A stretch of DNA of 64,000 nucleotides from an uncultured cyanobacterium (lineage in GTDB: Bacteria; Cyanobacteriota; Cyanobacteriia; Phormidesmidales; Phormidesmidaceae): positions 320,001 to 384,000 of the forward strand of contig CAWBZI010000002.1 of the NCBI GenBank assembly GCA_963793265.1. Reading direction: 5' to 3'. Below are positions 31,393 through 41,686 of this stretch, in pieces. Under the pieces are notes generated by a model. That model was not told the origin of the DNA. It did not search any database and worked only from the letters and a program-made list of their open reading frames with translations. Position 1 is the first letter of the stretch, and each line of letters starts with the position of its first letter. A program made the position numbers and the translations under genes.

Positions 31393-33795
31393 CTATTCTG
31401 GCAGCGCCCACATCAGCATCTTATCGCCGTCAAATCCCACTGCTATAAGAGAGTCATTGAGACGAACGATGTTGGGTGGAAAGTCCAAAAAAGGGCCATG
31501 GGCAAAGTCTTTGACCTGTTGGATACCTGCTGCTGTGCCATCGGTACGATAGACAATGCCAGCCGAGAAGAAGTAGAGATGGTCGCCATGCGGGGTGAGC
31601 GATCGCACAAGAGCCCCCCTTGGAGAAATAAGATCAGAACAGTCTTCCTCAAACCGTTCGCCCGGATGAGACGGCGGGCAGTACCGAGACTGTCTCACGA
31701 CGCCTGGGGCAAAATCTATCACCTGCCGCGTTCCTGCTGCTGTGCCATCGGTTACCCACAGCTCTTGCCCGTCGCCTGCTGTGCCGCCAAAAAAGAGCTG
31801 TCCTTTAAAGGCCGTAAATCCTTCCTCCAAGACTTCTACAGCGGCTAAGCGCTCAGTGCCCGCAGCCGTGCCATCTGTTACCCATAGCTCATCTTCATAA
31901 TCACTTTCGCCGCTGTCGCTCTCTTGAGGCACTAGCACTTTAAAGTACAGCTTGCCTTGATGAACAATGAACGAATTTGTGGGGTTTGGATTGATAAAAG
32001 ACTGCCTGGCACTGATTTGCTTTACGAGCCGAGTGCTCTCGGACGTGCCCTGTGTGGCCCATAGCTCGTAGCCATCAACGGTATTAGCCAGCATGAAAAA
32101 AGTGTTTTCTATCGATGTCATCAAGCGCGGCACGGAGCCACTTTCTCCGACATAAATGTCTTTTAACAGCCTCGTTCCCGACGGCGTACCGTCGCTTGTC
32201 CATGGTTCCCAGCCAAGTCCTGGGGTTTCAGCGGCCATATAGATACGATTTTCACTCTGATTCTGGGCGCTGTTCTGTGCCTGATTCTGACTGGCTACAA
32301 TGTCGCTTATGGGCAGTCTTGCCGACTCAATCGTCAGCTTGATTGTCCCGTCAGGCGTACCATCTGTTCGCCATAGCACCGGCTTTCCTGTGCTCCGTTC
32401 TGTTTGAAAAAATAGATAGTCACCGGCTACTGGCCCCAGATCTGGCTCATCTCCAGATACGTTTGGCTCTGTTGCGAACGTTGCTAGCCGCTGAGTACCC
32501 AACTCACTCTCACCGTCCGTTATCCATAGCTGAAAGTTTGGGTCTACTTCGCGCACACTATCTGCTATCCATCGCTGAGAGCTTGTTTGAGCTGTTGCTA
32601 CAAAAAGGAAGCGATCGCCTAAGATCATATCTGGCGATACAAACGTTTCTCCCATACCAAATAAATCTTCTAGCGCTGGATTCAATGACCTAATCTCTCG
32701 CGTTCCTTCCTCTGTGCCATCGCTGCTCCAAAGCCGATCAATGCGATCGGTAAACGTCTGGTCATCAACTGCTTTATCAACATAGCTATGGCTCAGTATC
32801 CAAAAACGGTCGTCAGATGTGCCAATAATCTCAGGACTCTCTATCCTTGGCTCTTCTTCAGGCAGCCAAAGTTGACCCACTAACCGCGTTCCTTCAGCCG
32901 TAGCGTCACTCCCCCATAGCGCTGCTCCTTCAACGTTGTTGCTTAAGAAGAAAAACAGGCGATCGCCTAGCTCAGCCGTCGTATACAACAGTCCAGAAGT
33001 ACTCACACCATACCGGCCGACGTCTTTAAGGATCGTTCCTGGTTTGAGCATGTAGCTATCTACGCCATTGCCAAAATTAGCCACATACTCAGCAGGCACG
33101 TAGTACCGAGCATCTGTTCCCGCTGAATTTAGCCGACACAATAGCGCTGTCGCTTCGCCTCGGGTGATGCTGGCGTTGGGCCGCAGTTCAGATATTTTAG
33201 GATAGTTAACTACTAGCTCTTGGCGCGTGGCGGCAGCTAGCATCGCTTTTGCATAGTCAGGAATCGCCGTAGCATCTTCAAAATGCTGCTGAAGAATAGC
33301 CGCGCTATTAGCTGGTGGTGACAGCTTTTGAGCATTTGCAATCACAATGACGGCCTGCGCCCGCGTGATTGGCTGAGCGGGCCTAAATCTGTTGTTTGGA
33401 TAGCCGCTCAAAAAGCCTTTTTCATAGGCCGTCGCGATCGCCGCCCTCCCCCAAAAGTCTTGCTCAACATCTGCAAAATCAGGAGCCTCTCGCACGTTAG
33501 GCGCATCGGGAAATGCCCGCACCATCACCGCCGCAAACTCAGTGCGCGTCATGGTGCCATCAGGCCGGAACTGTCCGTTCAGATAGCCTGACATCAGCCC
33601 TTCAGTGCCCATTCCCTCAATGCAAGCTGCTGCCCAGTGCGTAATTGTATCGTTAAACTGGGCGGATCTTTCTGTCAGTAGCTGAGCGTGGCTAGGCTGT
33701 AGAACGACGGCAGGAGTCGCGATCGCAGCCGCTCCTAAATATAGAAAATAACAGAGAGAATAACGCCGTAAAAAATAGCTTCTAAATAAGTGCAT
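31393..33795 (-). CDS. S-layer homology (SLH) domain protein with ELWxxDGT repeats
   Basis: Three SLH repeats (F/LRP...ITR.E/QA); repeats LWSSDGT, LWRTDGT, PWTSDGT, ELWVTDGT; start approximate. Confidence 0.85.
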   Translation of the reverse strand: MHLFRSYFLRRYSLCYFLYLGAAAIATPAVVLQPSHAQLLTERSAQFNDTITHWAAACIEGMGTEGLMSGYLNGQFRPDGTMTRTEFAAVMVRAFPDAPNVREAPDFADVEQDFWGRAAIATAYEKGFLSGYPNNRFRPAQPITRAQAVIVIANAQKLSPPANSAAILQQHFEDATAIPDYAKAMLAAATRQELVVNYPKISELRPNASITRGEATALLCRLNSAGTDARYYVPAEYVANFGNGVDSYMLKPGTILKDVGRYGVSTSGLLYTTAELGDRLFFFLSNNVEGAALWGSDATAEGTRLVGQLWLPEEEPRIESPEIIGTSDDRFWILSHSYVDKAVDDQTFTDRIDRLWSSDGTEEGTREIRSLNPALEDLFGMGETFVSPDMILGDRFLFVATAQTSSQRWIADSVREVDPNFQLWITDGESELGTQRLATFATEPNVSGDEPDLGPVAGDYLFFQTERSTGKPVLWRTDGTPDGTIKLTIESARLPISDIVASQNQAQNSAQNQSENRIYMAAETPGLGWEPWTSDGTPSGTRLLKDIYVGESGSVPRLMTSIENTFFMLANTVDGYELWATQGTSESTRLVKQISARQSFINPNPTNSFIVHQGKLYFKVLVPQESDSGESDYEDELWVTDGTAAGTERLAAVEVLEEGFTAFKGQLFFGGTAGDGQELWVTDGTAAGTRQVIDFAPGVVRQSRYCPPSHPGERFEEDCSDLISPRGALVRSLTPHGDHLYFFSAGIVYRTDGTAAGIQQVKDFAHGPFLDFPPNIVRLNDSLIAVGFDGDKMLMWALPE

Positions 33796-36700
33796 AAGGT
33801 CTTTCAATTCCATATCCCTGCATAAAGTCCACACCAATCTTGCCTAACATATCTTGTACTTTGCGATCGCCTACAAACTCCGCAATTGTTTGCAGGCCCA
33901 TGACGTGCCCAATATCACTAATAGCTTCTACAATGGCCAGAGCCGTTTCGTCTTCGCTAAGATCGGTAATAAACTTACCGTCTATCTTGATGTAGTCTAC
34001 CGGCAGCGTTTTTAAATAGGCAAAGGAAGACATGCCGCTACCAAAGTCATCGAGTGCAAAGCAAAAGCCGAGCTGCTTGAGTTCGCCGATAAAATCGATA
34101 GCCTGATTTAAGTTCGCGATCACCGCTGTTTCTGTTATTTCAAAGCAAATCGTTTTAGGATCTATTTCATACTTGTTCAACTGTGCTTTTAGGAAAGTTA
34201 AAAACCGATCGTTTCCAACGCTTGCACCTGAGAGATTAATCATATAGAGCGATGAGGGAAGCGCGGGTAGGTGACGATTGCTCAGATAAGAAAAGAACGA
34301 TCTCACGACCCACTGATCAATATCTGGCATCAGGTCGTAGCGCTCTGCTGCTGGGATGAAAGCCCCCGGCAAAATTAGATCCCCCGACTCGTTAACCATC
34401 CGTAGCAGAATCTCAGTGTGGGTGCTGACACTTTTGTCTGTAGGCACTATTTTTTGCTGATATAGGCAAAACTGATCCATTTCTAGCGCCTGCTTGATGC
34501 GCAGACTCCACTGCTGCTGCCCTCGCTGCCTAATAATCTCGGCGCTGTCTGGCTGATACACCTGCACTCGATTTCGCCCTTTGGACTTTGCCGTATAGCA
34601 GGCGGTATCTGCCGCGCTCAGCGTGGTCATGACGGTTTGGCTGCTCGTATCGATCACAACTAGCCCCACGCTCACGCCAATCCGAAAGGTGATTCCCTGC
34701 CAACAGAACCGAAAGTTTGTCACGGCTTCTCTTATTTGATCGGCAATGAGACTAGCTCGATTCAGCGGGCACTGATATAGCAGTATTGCAAACTCATCCC
34801 CGCCTAGTCTGGCTAGCGTATCGGCGGCCCGCACCTGACGGCTCAACAGGACTGAAACCTGCCTTAACATCTCATCGCCAGCCGTGTGCCCGCAGGTATC
34901 GTTAACGACCTTAAACTGATCCAAGTCAAGGTAGCAGAGCACGTGCTGCTGTCCTGGCAAAATAACCTCGTGTGCCTCGGCTAAAACCTGTTCAAACTGC
35001 CGTCTGTTCACTAAGCCTGTTAGCGCATCGTGCCCTGCCTGCCACGATAGCTGCCGGGCCACCTGCCGGGCGTGGGTAGCATCGCGAAACACCATGACTG
35101 CGCCAATCATTTTTCCGTCTCGGTTTCGTAACGGTGCTGCTGAATCATCAATTCCGTATTCTGTTCCTTCTTTAGCTACCAAAATCGTATTGTTGGCTAG
35201 CCCAGTAGCGCAGCCATTGCTCAAAACTCTTTCTACCGGGCTTTGTACAAGCTTTCGGGTTGTTTCATTCAAAATCACAAAGATTTCATTTAGGGGCCTT
35301 TTTAAAGCAGATAGATAGCTCCATCCGGTGAGCTTCTCTGCAATGGGGTTGAGATAGCTCACAAGGCCCTGTGCATCTGTTGTAATTACCGCATCTCCAA
35401 TTGAATGCAGGGTTACTTGGGCTAGCTCTTTTTCTGAGAAAAGCTGCTGTTCGATCTTCCGTCTTTCATTGATTTCGTGCTGTAGTTCAACTGTTCGAGC
35501 TTCTACTAGCTCTTCTAGGTGATGTCGGTGAAGCGTCAGCTCAGCTTCATTCTTTTTGCGATCGCTAATATCTTCAATAACCGCCGTCAAACAGTCTACG
35601 GTTCCCTGGCTCTGATCTATGCTAGAGGCTATCACCGAAACCCATATCGTACTGCCGTCGCTGCAACAGTACTGCTTCTCTTGCTTAAAGGATTTTATTT
35701 CGCCCTGAATGAGCTGCTGAATCAATCGACTGTTGGGATCTCTACTGTTAGGATGCGTGAGTTCTAAAACGGCTTTTCCAATAAGATCGTCGTGACTGTA
35801 CCCCAACATCTCGCAAAAGCGCTGGTTAACCTGCACGTAGCAGCCGTTAAGGTCGACGTGAACAATGCCTGCTGCTGCCTGTTCAAACGTCTTTCGAAAC
35901 CGAGATTCGTCATTTTTAACTTGAACGGTTAACGACTGGTTAAGCGATCGCAACAGCTTCACTTTCTCACTTTGCAAGCTCTCAACTTGCTGTTGCAAAA
36001 TATTTACAGCTGTACATATTTCTAGCGGGTTGAGCACCGACAGCAGGCTTGTTTGAGTAACTACCCCCGCAACGGCCTGATCGTCATCAACAATCACTAG
36101 ACGTTTAACACCGAGCCGTTGCATGGTCTGGTGAGCTGCCCAAAGAGAATCTGCCGGACTCAAGCAGGTTAGGGGCGCGCTCATGATTACTTGGGCCTGA
36201 ACGCTAGACAGCTCTAACGCTGAAGCGCGAAATCTAACAATATCGCGCTCTGTAAGAATACCTATTGGACGCAGAACAGATTTGGACTGAGCGCTTTCTC
36301 CTACGGTTTGTGTCGATGTGATAACAACACAGCTCACCCGAGCGCTGGCCATTTTTTGCGCGATCACCAGTGCTGTTGTATCACCAGCACTGGCAACAAC
36401 GCCAGTCACCATCACCTCCTCAATTTGCCGTAGCTTCAATAGCACAGTTGGCTGCACTGCCTGACAAATACTATTGGGCGTAGCCACGCCGATTATCTGC
36501 TCACTTCTATCTAAAATAGGAAGATGGCGAATACCGTGCTGCCGAAAGACACTTAGCACGATTAAACAATCAGCCAAAGCATCTTCTGATAGCGTAATTG
36601 GCTGATTTGTCATAATCTCGCCAATACTCAGCCCAGCAAAATCTGTGCCCTGCGCTGTTAGCTTGACAATATCTCGCTCCGTAAAGATACCGATAAGCCT

Positions 36701-36937
36701 ATTTTTTTCAGCAATCAATACGTAGCTCACTGATTTCAGAAAACGAACAGCTCCCGTATCATCGGTATCTATATAGCCCTGGCTCATCCACCGAATGACA
36801 GTCTCTACCGCCGTACTAGGTGCTACTGTCATAGGATGGCGATCGACTGTAGCCTCCACGCCTACGCTACAAGTCGGCGCTGTTACTGTCGGCTGCCAAT
36901 CGTCTTTAGCGCTCTGGGATGAATTCATATTAGTCAA
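33782..36937 (-). CDS. CBS-PAS-PAS-GGDEF-EAL diguanylate cyclase/phosphodiesterase
   Basis: Two CBS pairs (GIFTERD, GILTERD); two PAS domains; RAAD I-site with GGDEF; EILLR, EITE, DDFGSG, QGY. Confidence 0.95.
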   Translation of the reverse strand: MTNMNSSQSAKDDWQPTVTAPTCSVGVEATVDRHPMTVAPSTAVETVIRWMSQGYIDTDDTGAVRFLKSVSYVLIAEKNRLIGIFTERDIVKLTAQGTDFAGLSIGEIMTNQPITLSEDALADCLIVLSVFRQHGIRHLPILDRSEQIIGVATPNSICQAVQPTVLLKLRQIEEVMVTGVVASAGDTTALVIAQKMASARVSCVVITSTQTVGESAQSKSVLRPIGILTERDIVRFRASALELSSVQAQVIMSAPLTCLSPADSLWAAHQTMQRLGVKRLVIVDDDQAVAGVVTQTSLLSVLNPLEICTAVNILQQQVESLQSEKVKLLRSLNQSLTVQVKNDESRFRKTFEQAAAGIVHVDLNGCYVQVNQRFCEMLGYSHDDLIGKAVLELTHPNSRDPNSRLIQQLIQGEIKSFKQEKQYCCSDGSTIWVSVIASSIDQSQGTVDCLTAVIEDISDRKKNEAELTLHRHHLEELVEARTVELQHEINERRKIEQQLFSEKELAQVTLHSIGDAVITTDAQGLVSYLNPIAEKLTGWSYLSALKRPLNEIFVILNETTRKLVQSPVERVLSNGCATGLANNTILVAKEGTEYGIDDSAAPLRNRDGKMIGAVMVFRDATHARQVARQLSWQAGHDALTGLVNRRQFEQVLAEAHEVILPGQQHVLCYLDLDQFKVVNDTCGHTAGDEMLRQVSVLLSRQVRAADTLARLGGDEFAILLYQCPLNRASLIADQIREAVTNFRFCWQGITFRIGVSVGLVVIDTSSQTVMTTLSAADTACYTAKSKGRNRVQVYQPDSAEIIRQRGQQQWSLRIKQALEMDQFCLYQQKIVPTDKSVSTHTEILLRMVNESGDLILPGAFIPAAERYDLMPDIDQWVVRSFFSYLSNRHLPALPSSLYMINLSGASVGNDRFLTFLKAQLNKYEIDPKTICFEITETAVIANLNQAIDFIGELKQLGFCFALDDFGSGMSSFAYLKTLPVDYIKIDGKFITDLSEDETALAIVEAISDIGHVMGLQTIAEFVGDRKVQDMLGKIGVDFMQGYGIERPYALI

Positions 36938-37040
36938 TGCTCTTGCACATATGGCCCCAAAAGCCGTTGCAAAAGGCTTTAAGAGAACTAATACTACACG
37001 GAAAAAGAACTTACAACATCGATAATCGACAGCTACGCAA

Positions 37041-37054
37041 GTAATATCGGCTAC
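37041..37054. promoter_or_regulatory. Possible NtcA-binding site
   Basis: GTA-ATATCGGC-TAC matches GTA-N8-TAC in the divergent intergenic region; no canonically spaced -10 box seen. Confidence 0.3.
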
Positions 37055-37250
37055 ATGGAATTTCCGCTTTTATACCCGTAATCGTTTAGCAATCGTTCGG
37101 CAGTCGCGCTTACTTGAGAGTATCAGCTTCTTTTGTTATGTCTTATTATTCTCAGGGAATTCTTGGTAGGGCATCGGTAGCTGGCTTTACGTAGAGCACT
37201 GCGAGCGTGCTGCTTACAAAACTTGTTCTACAACTAACAGCGTCTAGAAA

Positions 37251-38957
37251 ATGTTTAATGCCGCCCCTGATTCTCCACGCCACGAGGATCTCAAACGATC
37301 TGTTCGTCAGCTAGCGGCTTGTACTAGGCAGATCTTGGAGCAGGTTGAACAGCAAGCGGAGTATGCTAAAGAGCTGCAGGAGCACGCTACGCTGATTGCT
37401 CAGGCGCAAGCAAAAGAAGAGGCGCTGGTGCGGCAAAAAGCGCTTGTTAAAATTTCCAATCGAATTCGGCGATCGCTAGACTGGTCGGTCATCTGCCAAA
37501 CGGCTACAGCAGAGGTACGCGAACTTCTCAACGCCGATCGTGTCGCTATCTATCGCTTTAATGATGACTGGAGCGGTCGCTTTGTCTTTGAGTCTGCTGG
37601 TGAAAAATGGCGTCCGCTGGTTAGCAACCAGGCGCATAGCGAAACTATCAGTGATAATATCAGCCGTTGCAGCGTTCGACTGCTCGCCACAGACAAAACA
37701 ACTGACGAGGCAAACGCTCAAATCACAGATACCTACTTAAGCGACACCCAGGGCCGTTCGTTTGCGCAGGGCGAAATTTTTAGGATTTGCTCTGACACGC
37801 ACGATGCAGGCTTTAGTGATTGCTACGTCGAAGCCTTGGACAGCTACCAGGCCCGTGCGTATGTAATCGTTGCTATCTATGTTGATCGAAAGCTTTGGGG
37901 GCTGCTTGCGGCTTATCAAAACTCAGGCCCTCGAACCTGGCAAGAGGGCGACGTTCAGCTCGTTGCTCAAGTTGCCGAACAGCTCGGTATTGCGCTCAAG
38001 CAGTCGGCATACGTCCAAACAATTAAGGATCAGTCCGCTGAGCTTCAACAAACTTTACAGCAGCTTAAGCAATCTCAAGTTCAGCTTATTCAGCATGAAA
38101 AGATGGCTAGCCTCGGGCAGCTAGTTGCAGGGATTGCTCACGAAATAAACAATCCTGTCAACTTCATCTATGCCAATCTCTCCCATGTCAAAAATTATAC
38201 AGATGATCTGCTCTCGCTAGCGGCTCTAGTCCATCCAGAGAACGCTTCGGCACTTGATATGCAGGCGTTTAAAGGCGAGGTAGAGTCGCTTGATGTTCCT
38301 TTTATTACTGAAGATCTGCCTAAAACCCTTGCTTCTATGAAAGTAGGCGCAGAGCGCATTCGTCATATTGTTCTATCTTTGCGAAACTTCTCTCGCTTAG
38401 ACGAAGCAGACACCAAACAAGCTGATGTTCATCAGGGGCTCGATAGCACCTTACTAATCCTCGGTCATCGCTTCAAGGCTCACAGCAGTCGAGTAGCCGT
38501 AGACGTTATCAAAGACTATGGCAGTCTGCCTTTGGTTGAGTGCTACCCAGCTCAGCTTAACCAGGTATTTATGAACCTACTAGCCAATGCCTTAGATGCT
38601 CTCGATGAAGCGATTGAGGTTGGTAAGCTAAGTGTGGGTGGCAGTGATAAGGACGATACTGAAACACTGACTCAGCGCGAGCTGCCAAAAATTTGGATTA
38701 CAACCCGTTTTAATCCGCAGTCGCAGGTCGAAATTCGTATCCGTGATAATGGGATCGGACTAGAGCCTTCTGCTCAATCCAAGATGTTCGATCACTTCTT
38801 TACGACTAAAGAAGTAGGCAAAGGAACAGGCTTGGGGCTGGCGATTTCTAAACAGATTATAGAAGAGCATCATGGCGGCAGGCTATACGTTCAGCCTATT
38901 TCAGAGCGAGGCGTAGAGTTTGTAATTTGTCTTTCTCAAAAGCTCCCTGCGCTTTAA
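37251..38957 (+). CDS. Cyanobacteriochrome GAF + histidine kinase
   Basis: DRVAIYRF..DWSG, DTYL..TQG, GFSDCY, LWGLL.AYQ..PR.W; HEINNP, N, G1, F and G2 boxes. Confidence 0.9.
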   Translation: MFNAAPDSPRHEDLKRSVRQLAACTRQILEQVEQQAEYAKELQEHATLIAQAQAKEEALVRQKALVKISNRIRRSLDWSVICQTATAEVRELLNADRVAIYRFNDDWSGRFVFESAGEKWRPLVSNQAHSETISDNISRCSVRLLATDKTTDEANAQITDTYLSDTQGRSFAQGEIFRICSDTHDAGFSDCYVEALDSYQARAYVIVAIYVDRKLWGLLAAYQNSGPRTWQEGDVQLVAQVAEQLGIALKQSAYVQTIKDQSAELQQTLQQLKQSQVQLIQHEKMASLGQLVAGIAHEINNPVNFIYANLSHVKNYTDDLLSLAALVHPENASALDMQAFKGEVESLDVPFITEDLPKTLASMKVGAERIRHIVLSLRNFSRLDEADTKQADVHQGLDSTLLILGHRFKAHSSRVAVDVIKDYGSLPLVECYPAQLNQVFMNLLANALDALDEAIEVGKLSVGGSDKDDTETLTQRELPKIWITTRFNPQSQVEIRIRDNGIGLEPSAQSKMFDHFFTTKEVGKGTGLGLAISKQIIEEHHGGRLYVQPISERGVEFVICLSQKLPAL

Positions 38958-39063
38958 TATTAGGTGGTGGCATTTGTCATCGAAATTTCGCTAGCTTGTG
39001 AATGGTGTATCGAGCAGAACCGTGCAAGAATTCGGGTAGCCGTCGAAAGCCCTAGCGCCACCT

Positions 39064-41130
39064 ATGAGTAGCTCTTCTCACATCAATTTAAACAGTATAG
39101 GCAATAGCGCAGTCAGCTTTGGCCGGGCTATTTGCAGCGACATAGCGCCTTCTACTCAGCGCGAGTGGCTGATCACGAATGGCCTTGGCAGCTACGGCTG
39201 CGGCACGATTTCTGGTATTCTTACTCGCTGCTATCACGGACTGCTAGTGGCAGCTCTGAGTCCGCCTTTGGGCCGCACCCTTTTGCTCACTAAGCTGGAT
39301 GAGGTGGTTCAGTATCAGGGAATGTCTTATCCGCTGAGCTGCGATCGCTGGTCGGGCGGGACGACGACAGGGCATGGCTATCGCAACCTTCAAAGCTTCA
39401 GGCTAGAGGGCACTACACCTACCTGGACATATGCCTGCGCTGATGCGCTGATCGAAAAACGTGTTTGGATGCAGCCTGGTGAAGACACGACTTACACTCG
39501 CTATACGCTGCTTTGTGCGAGTGCGCCGCTGACACTGAGGCTAAAAGCGATTGTGAACTACCGCGATCACCACAGCACAACGCAAAGTGTGAATGAGGGC
39601 AAAACCTGGAAAATTCAAACCAAAGCCCATCCTAGAGGATTAAAAGTCCAAGCTTTTGAGTCTTCAACTCCGTTCTATATTTTAGCGAGCAAAGGTCAGC
39701 TTGTGCCTGCTAACCGATGGTATCAGCACTATTTTTTGACTCAGGAGAACTATCGCGGCCTCTCGCATCTAGACGATCACTTTAACGCTGCTACGCTGAA
39801 GACCGCGCTCTCTGTAGGTGAATCTTTGACTGTTGTAGGCAGTACTCATCCAGCGCCTAATCTGGATGGTGAGACTGCTCTGAAGATTAGAGAAGACTAT
39901 GAAAATAATCTCTTTAACCTCTCACAGTTTGGCAAACAGTTTGGCGAACAGTTTAGCGAACAGTTTGGCGAATCGCAGCCTGCTATAAAGCAGCTTGTTC
40001 TAGCTGCCGATCAGTTCATTGTTAACCGCAAGACGGGTGATGAGGCCGGTAAAACTATTATTGCAGGCTATCCCTGGTTTGGTGACTGGGGGCGCGACAC
40101 GATGATTGCGCTTCCTGGGCTGACGCTGACGACGGGTCGCCCTGAGATTGCCCGCCCTATTCTGCGTACGTTTGCTCGCTATCTCAGTCAGGGAATGCTG
40201 CCGAATAACTTCCCTGAAGCTAATGACACTCCAGGCTACAACACGGTAGACGCGATTCTCTGGTACTTTGAGGCCATTCGCGCTTACTATGATGCCACTC
40301 AAGATATTGAACTGCTAAGAGAACTTTTCCCAGCGCTTCGAGCGGTGATCGACTGGCATGTTCGCGGCACTCGCTACAATATTCAAGTAGATTCTAGCGA
40401 CGGCCTGCTGTATGCGGGTGAACCGACTGAACAGCTTACCTGGATGGATGCCAAGGTTGATGATTGGGTGGTGACGCCGCGAACGGGTAAGCCGATAGAG
40501 ATTAACGCGCTTTGGCTGAATGCTCTCTATTGTATGGCCAGGTTTGCAGAGGATTTAGGCGAGTCTGAGGATGAATATACCAGACTTGCCATGCAGGCTA
40601 GTGAGGGTTTTGAGAGATTTTGGCACTTGAGTAAAGGCTACTGCTACGACGTGATAGACGGCCCTGACGGTCATGATAGTTCTCTTCGGCCTAACCAGAT
40701 TTTTGCCGTTTCTTTGCCCTATGTTGCGCATTTCTCTCCTGAGCAAGAGAAAGCAATTGTTGATGTTTGTGCTCAGCAGCTATTGACCTCTCATGGGCTG
40801 CGATCGCTCACGCCCAATCATCCTGACTATATTGGTATCTATGGGGGCGATCGCTACAAACGCGATGGCGCTTACCATCAGGGCACCGTTTGGAGCTGGC
40901 TAATCGGGCCTTTTGTTCAAGCTCACCTCAAGGTTTATAAAAATCCTAAGCTGGCTAGGGCTTTTCTCACGCCGCTGACGCAGCATCTCAGGGCAGGTTG
41001 CGTGGGTACGCTGAGCGAAATTTTTGATGGCGACGCGCCTTTCACCCCTCGTGGCGCTTTTGCCCAAGCTTGGTCGGTAGCTGAGGTGTTGCGAGCCTGG
41101 CAGCTTATTGAAGAGCACCCGCGCCCTTAG
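39064..41130 (+). CDS. Amylo-alpha-1,6-glucosidase (glycogen debranching enzyme, GDE_N + GDE_C)
   Basis: REWLITNGLG, AGYPWFGDWGRDTMI, LTWMDAK, RPNQ, YHQGTVW, QAWSVAE. Confidence 0.93.
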   Translation: MSSSSHINLNSIGNSAVSFGRAICSDIAPSTQREWLITNGLGSYGCGTISGILTRCYHGLLVAALSPPLGRTLLLTKLDEVVQYQGMSYPLSCDRWSGGTTTGHGYRNLQSFRLEGTTPTWTYACADALIEKRVWMQPGEDTTYTRYTLLCASAPLTLRLKAIVNYRDHHSTTQSVNEGKTWKIQTKAHPRGLKVQAFESSTPFYILASKGQLVPANRWYQHYFLTQENYRGLSHLDDHFNAATLKTALSVGESLTVVGSTHPAPNLDGETALKIREDYENNLFNLSQFGKQFGEQFSEQFGESQPAIKQLVLAADQFIVNRKTGDEAGKTIIAGYPWFGDWGRDTMIALPGLTLTTGRPEIARPILRTFARYLSQGMLPNNFPEANDTPGYNTVDAILWYFEAIRAYYDATQDIELLRELFPALRAVIDWHVRGTRYNIQVDSSDGLLYAGEPTEQLTWMDAKVDDWVVTPRTGKPIEINALWLNALYCMARFAEDLGESEDEYTRLAMQASEGFERFWHLSKGYCYDVIDGPDGHDSSLRPNQIFAVSLPYVAHFSPEQEKAIVDVCAQQLLTSHGLRSLTPNHPDYIGIYGGDRYKRDGAYHQGTVWSWLIGPFVQAHLKVYKNPKLARAFLTPLTQHLRAGCVGTLSEIFDGDAPFTPRGAFAQAWSVAEVLRAWQLIEEHPRP
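39925..39972 (+). repeat. In-frame 12-bp tandem repeat x4 (QFGK/QFGE/QFSE/QFGE)
   Basis: cagtttggcaaa cagtttggcgaa cagtttagcgaa cagtttggcgaa. Confidence 0.85.
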
Positions 41131-41146
41131 CTTGAGTGAAATATAA

Positions 41147-41644
41147 CTACTGTACAATTTCTTCCAGGCGGAACCGGCCTATTTTAGCGATTTCAGAGAG
41201 CGATCGCGCCTTTTCTTCCACTTGTTCGTGCTCCAAACGTTCTTCAAAAGCTGCCAGAATTTCTGCCTTTCCATAGCCTTTTACGGCCATAACAAAGGGA
41301 AATCCAAACTTTTGCTGATAGGCCACGTTTAGCTGTTGGATGCGATCGCGCTCATCCGCATTCATTTGCCCCAACCCTGCGCCTGCCTGCTCCTGCACAG
41401 AAGCCTCAGCCATCTTTGTCGTCGCCCCTAGCTCAGGATGCGCCTGAATAAGAGCGATCTGTTCATCGGCTGACATCTGGCTTACAACAGCTACCATCTT
41501 GCTGTGTAAGTCCGAGACATCTTCAAACGGACGCCTGTTCCAAGCCCTTGCTGCCACGCTGGGCGTTTCCTCAAAAACAGCACCCAGCAGCGCAACAAAC
41601 GCTGCCTTGTCTAGCTGATTAATTTGGCTAATTGAGTAGCTCAA
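41147..41644 (-). CDS. uraD: OHCU decarboxylase
   Basis: FE..P, AHPELG, S..EQ..AGL, Y..KFGFPFV.AV, EI.KI.R.RL. Confidence 0.92.
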   Translation of the reverse strand: MSYSISQINQLDKAAFVALLGAVFEETPSVAARAWNRRPFEDVSDLHSKMVAVVSQMSADEQIALIQAHPELGATTKMAEASVQEQAGAGLGQMNADERDRIQQLNVAYQQKFGFPFVMAVKGYGKAEILAAFEERLEHEQVEEKARSLSEIAKIGRFRLEEIVQ

Positions 41645-41686
41645 GGGGGTGCTTCACTATAGGGTGCTGTTTGAGGATCAAATAAT

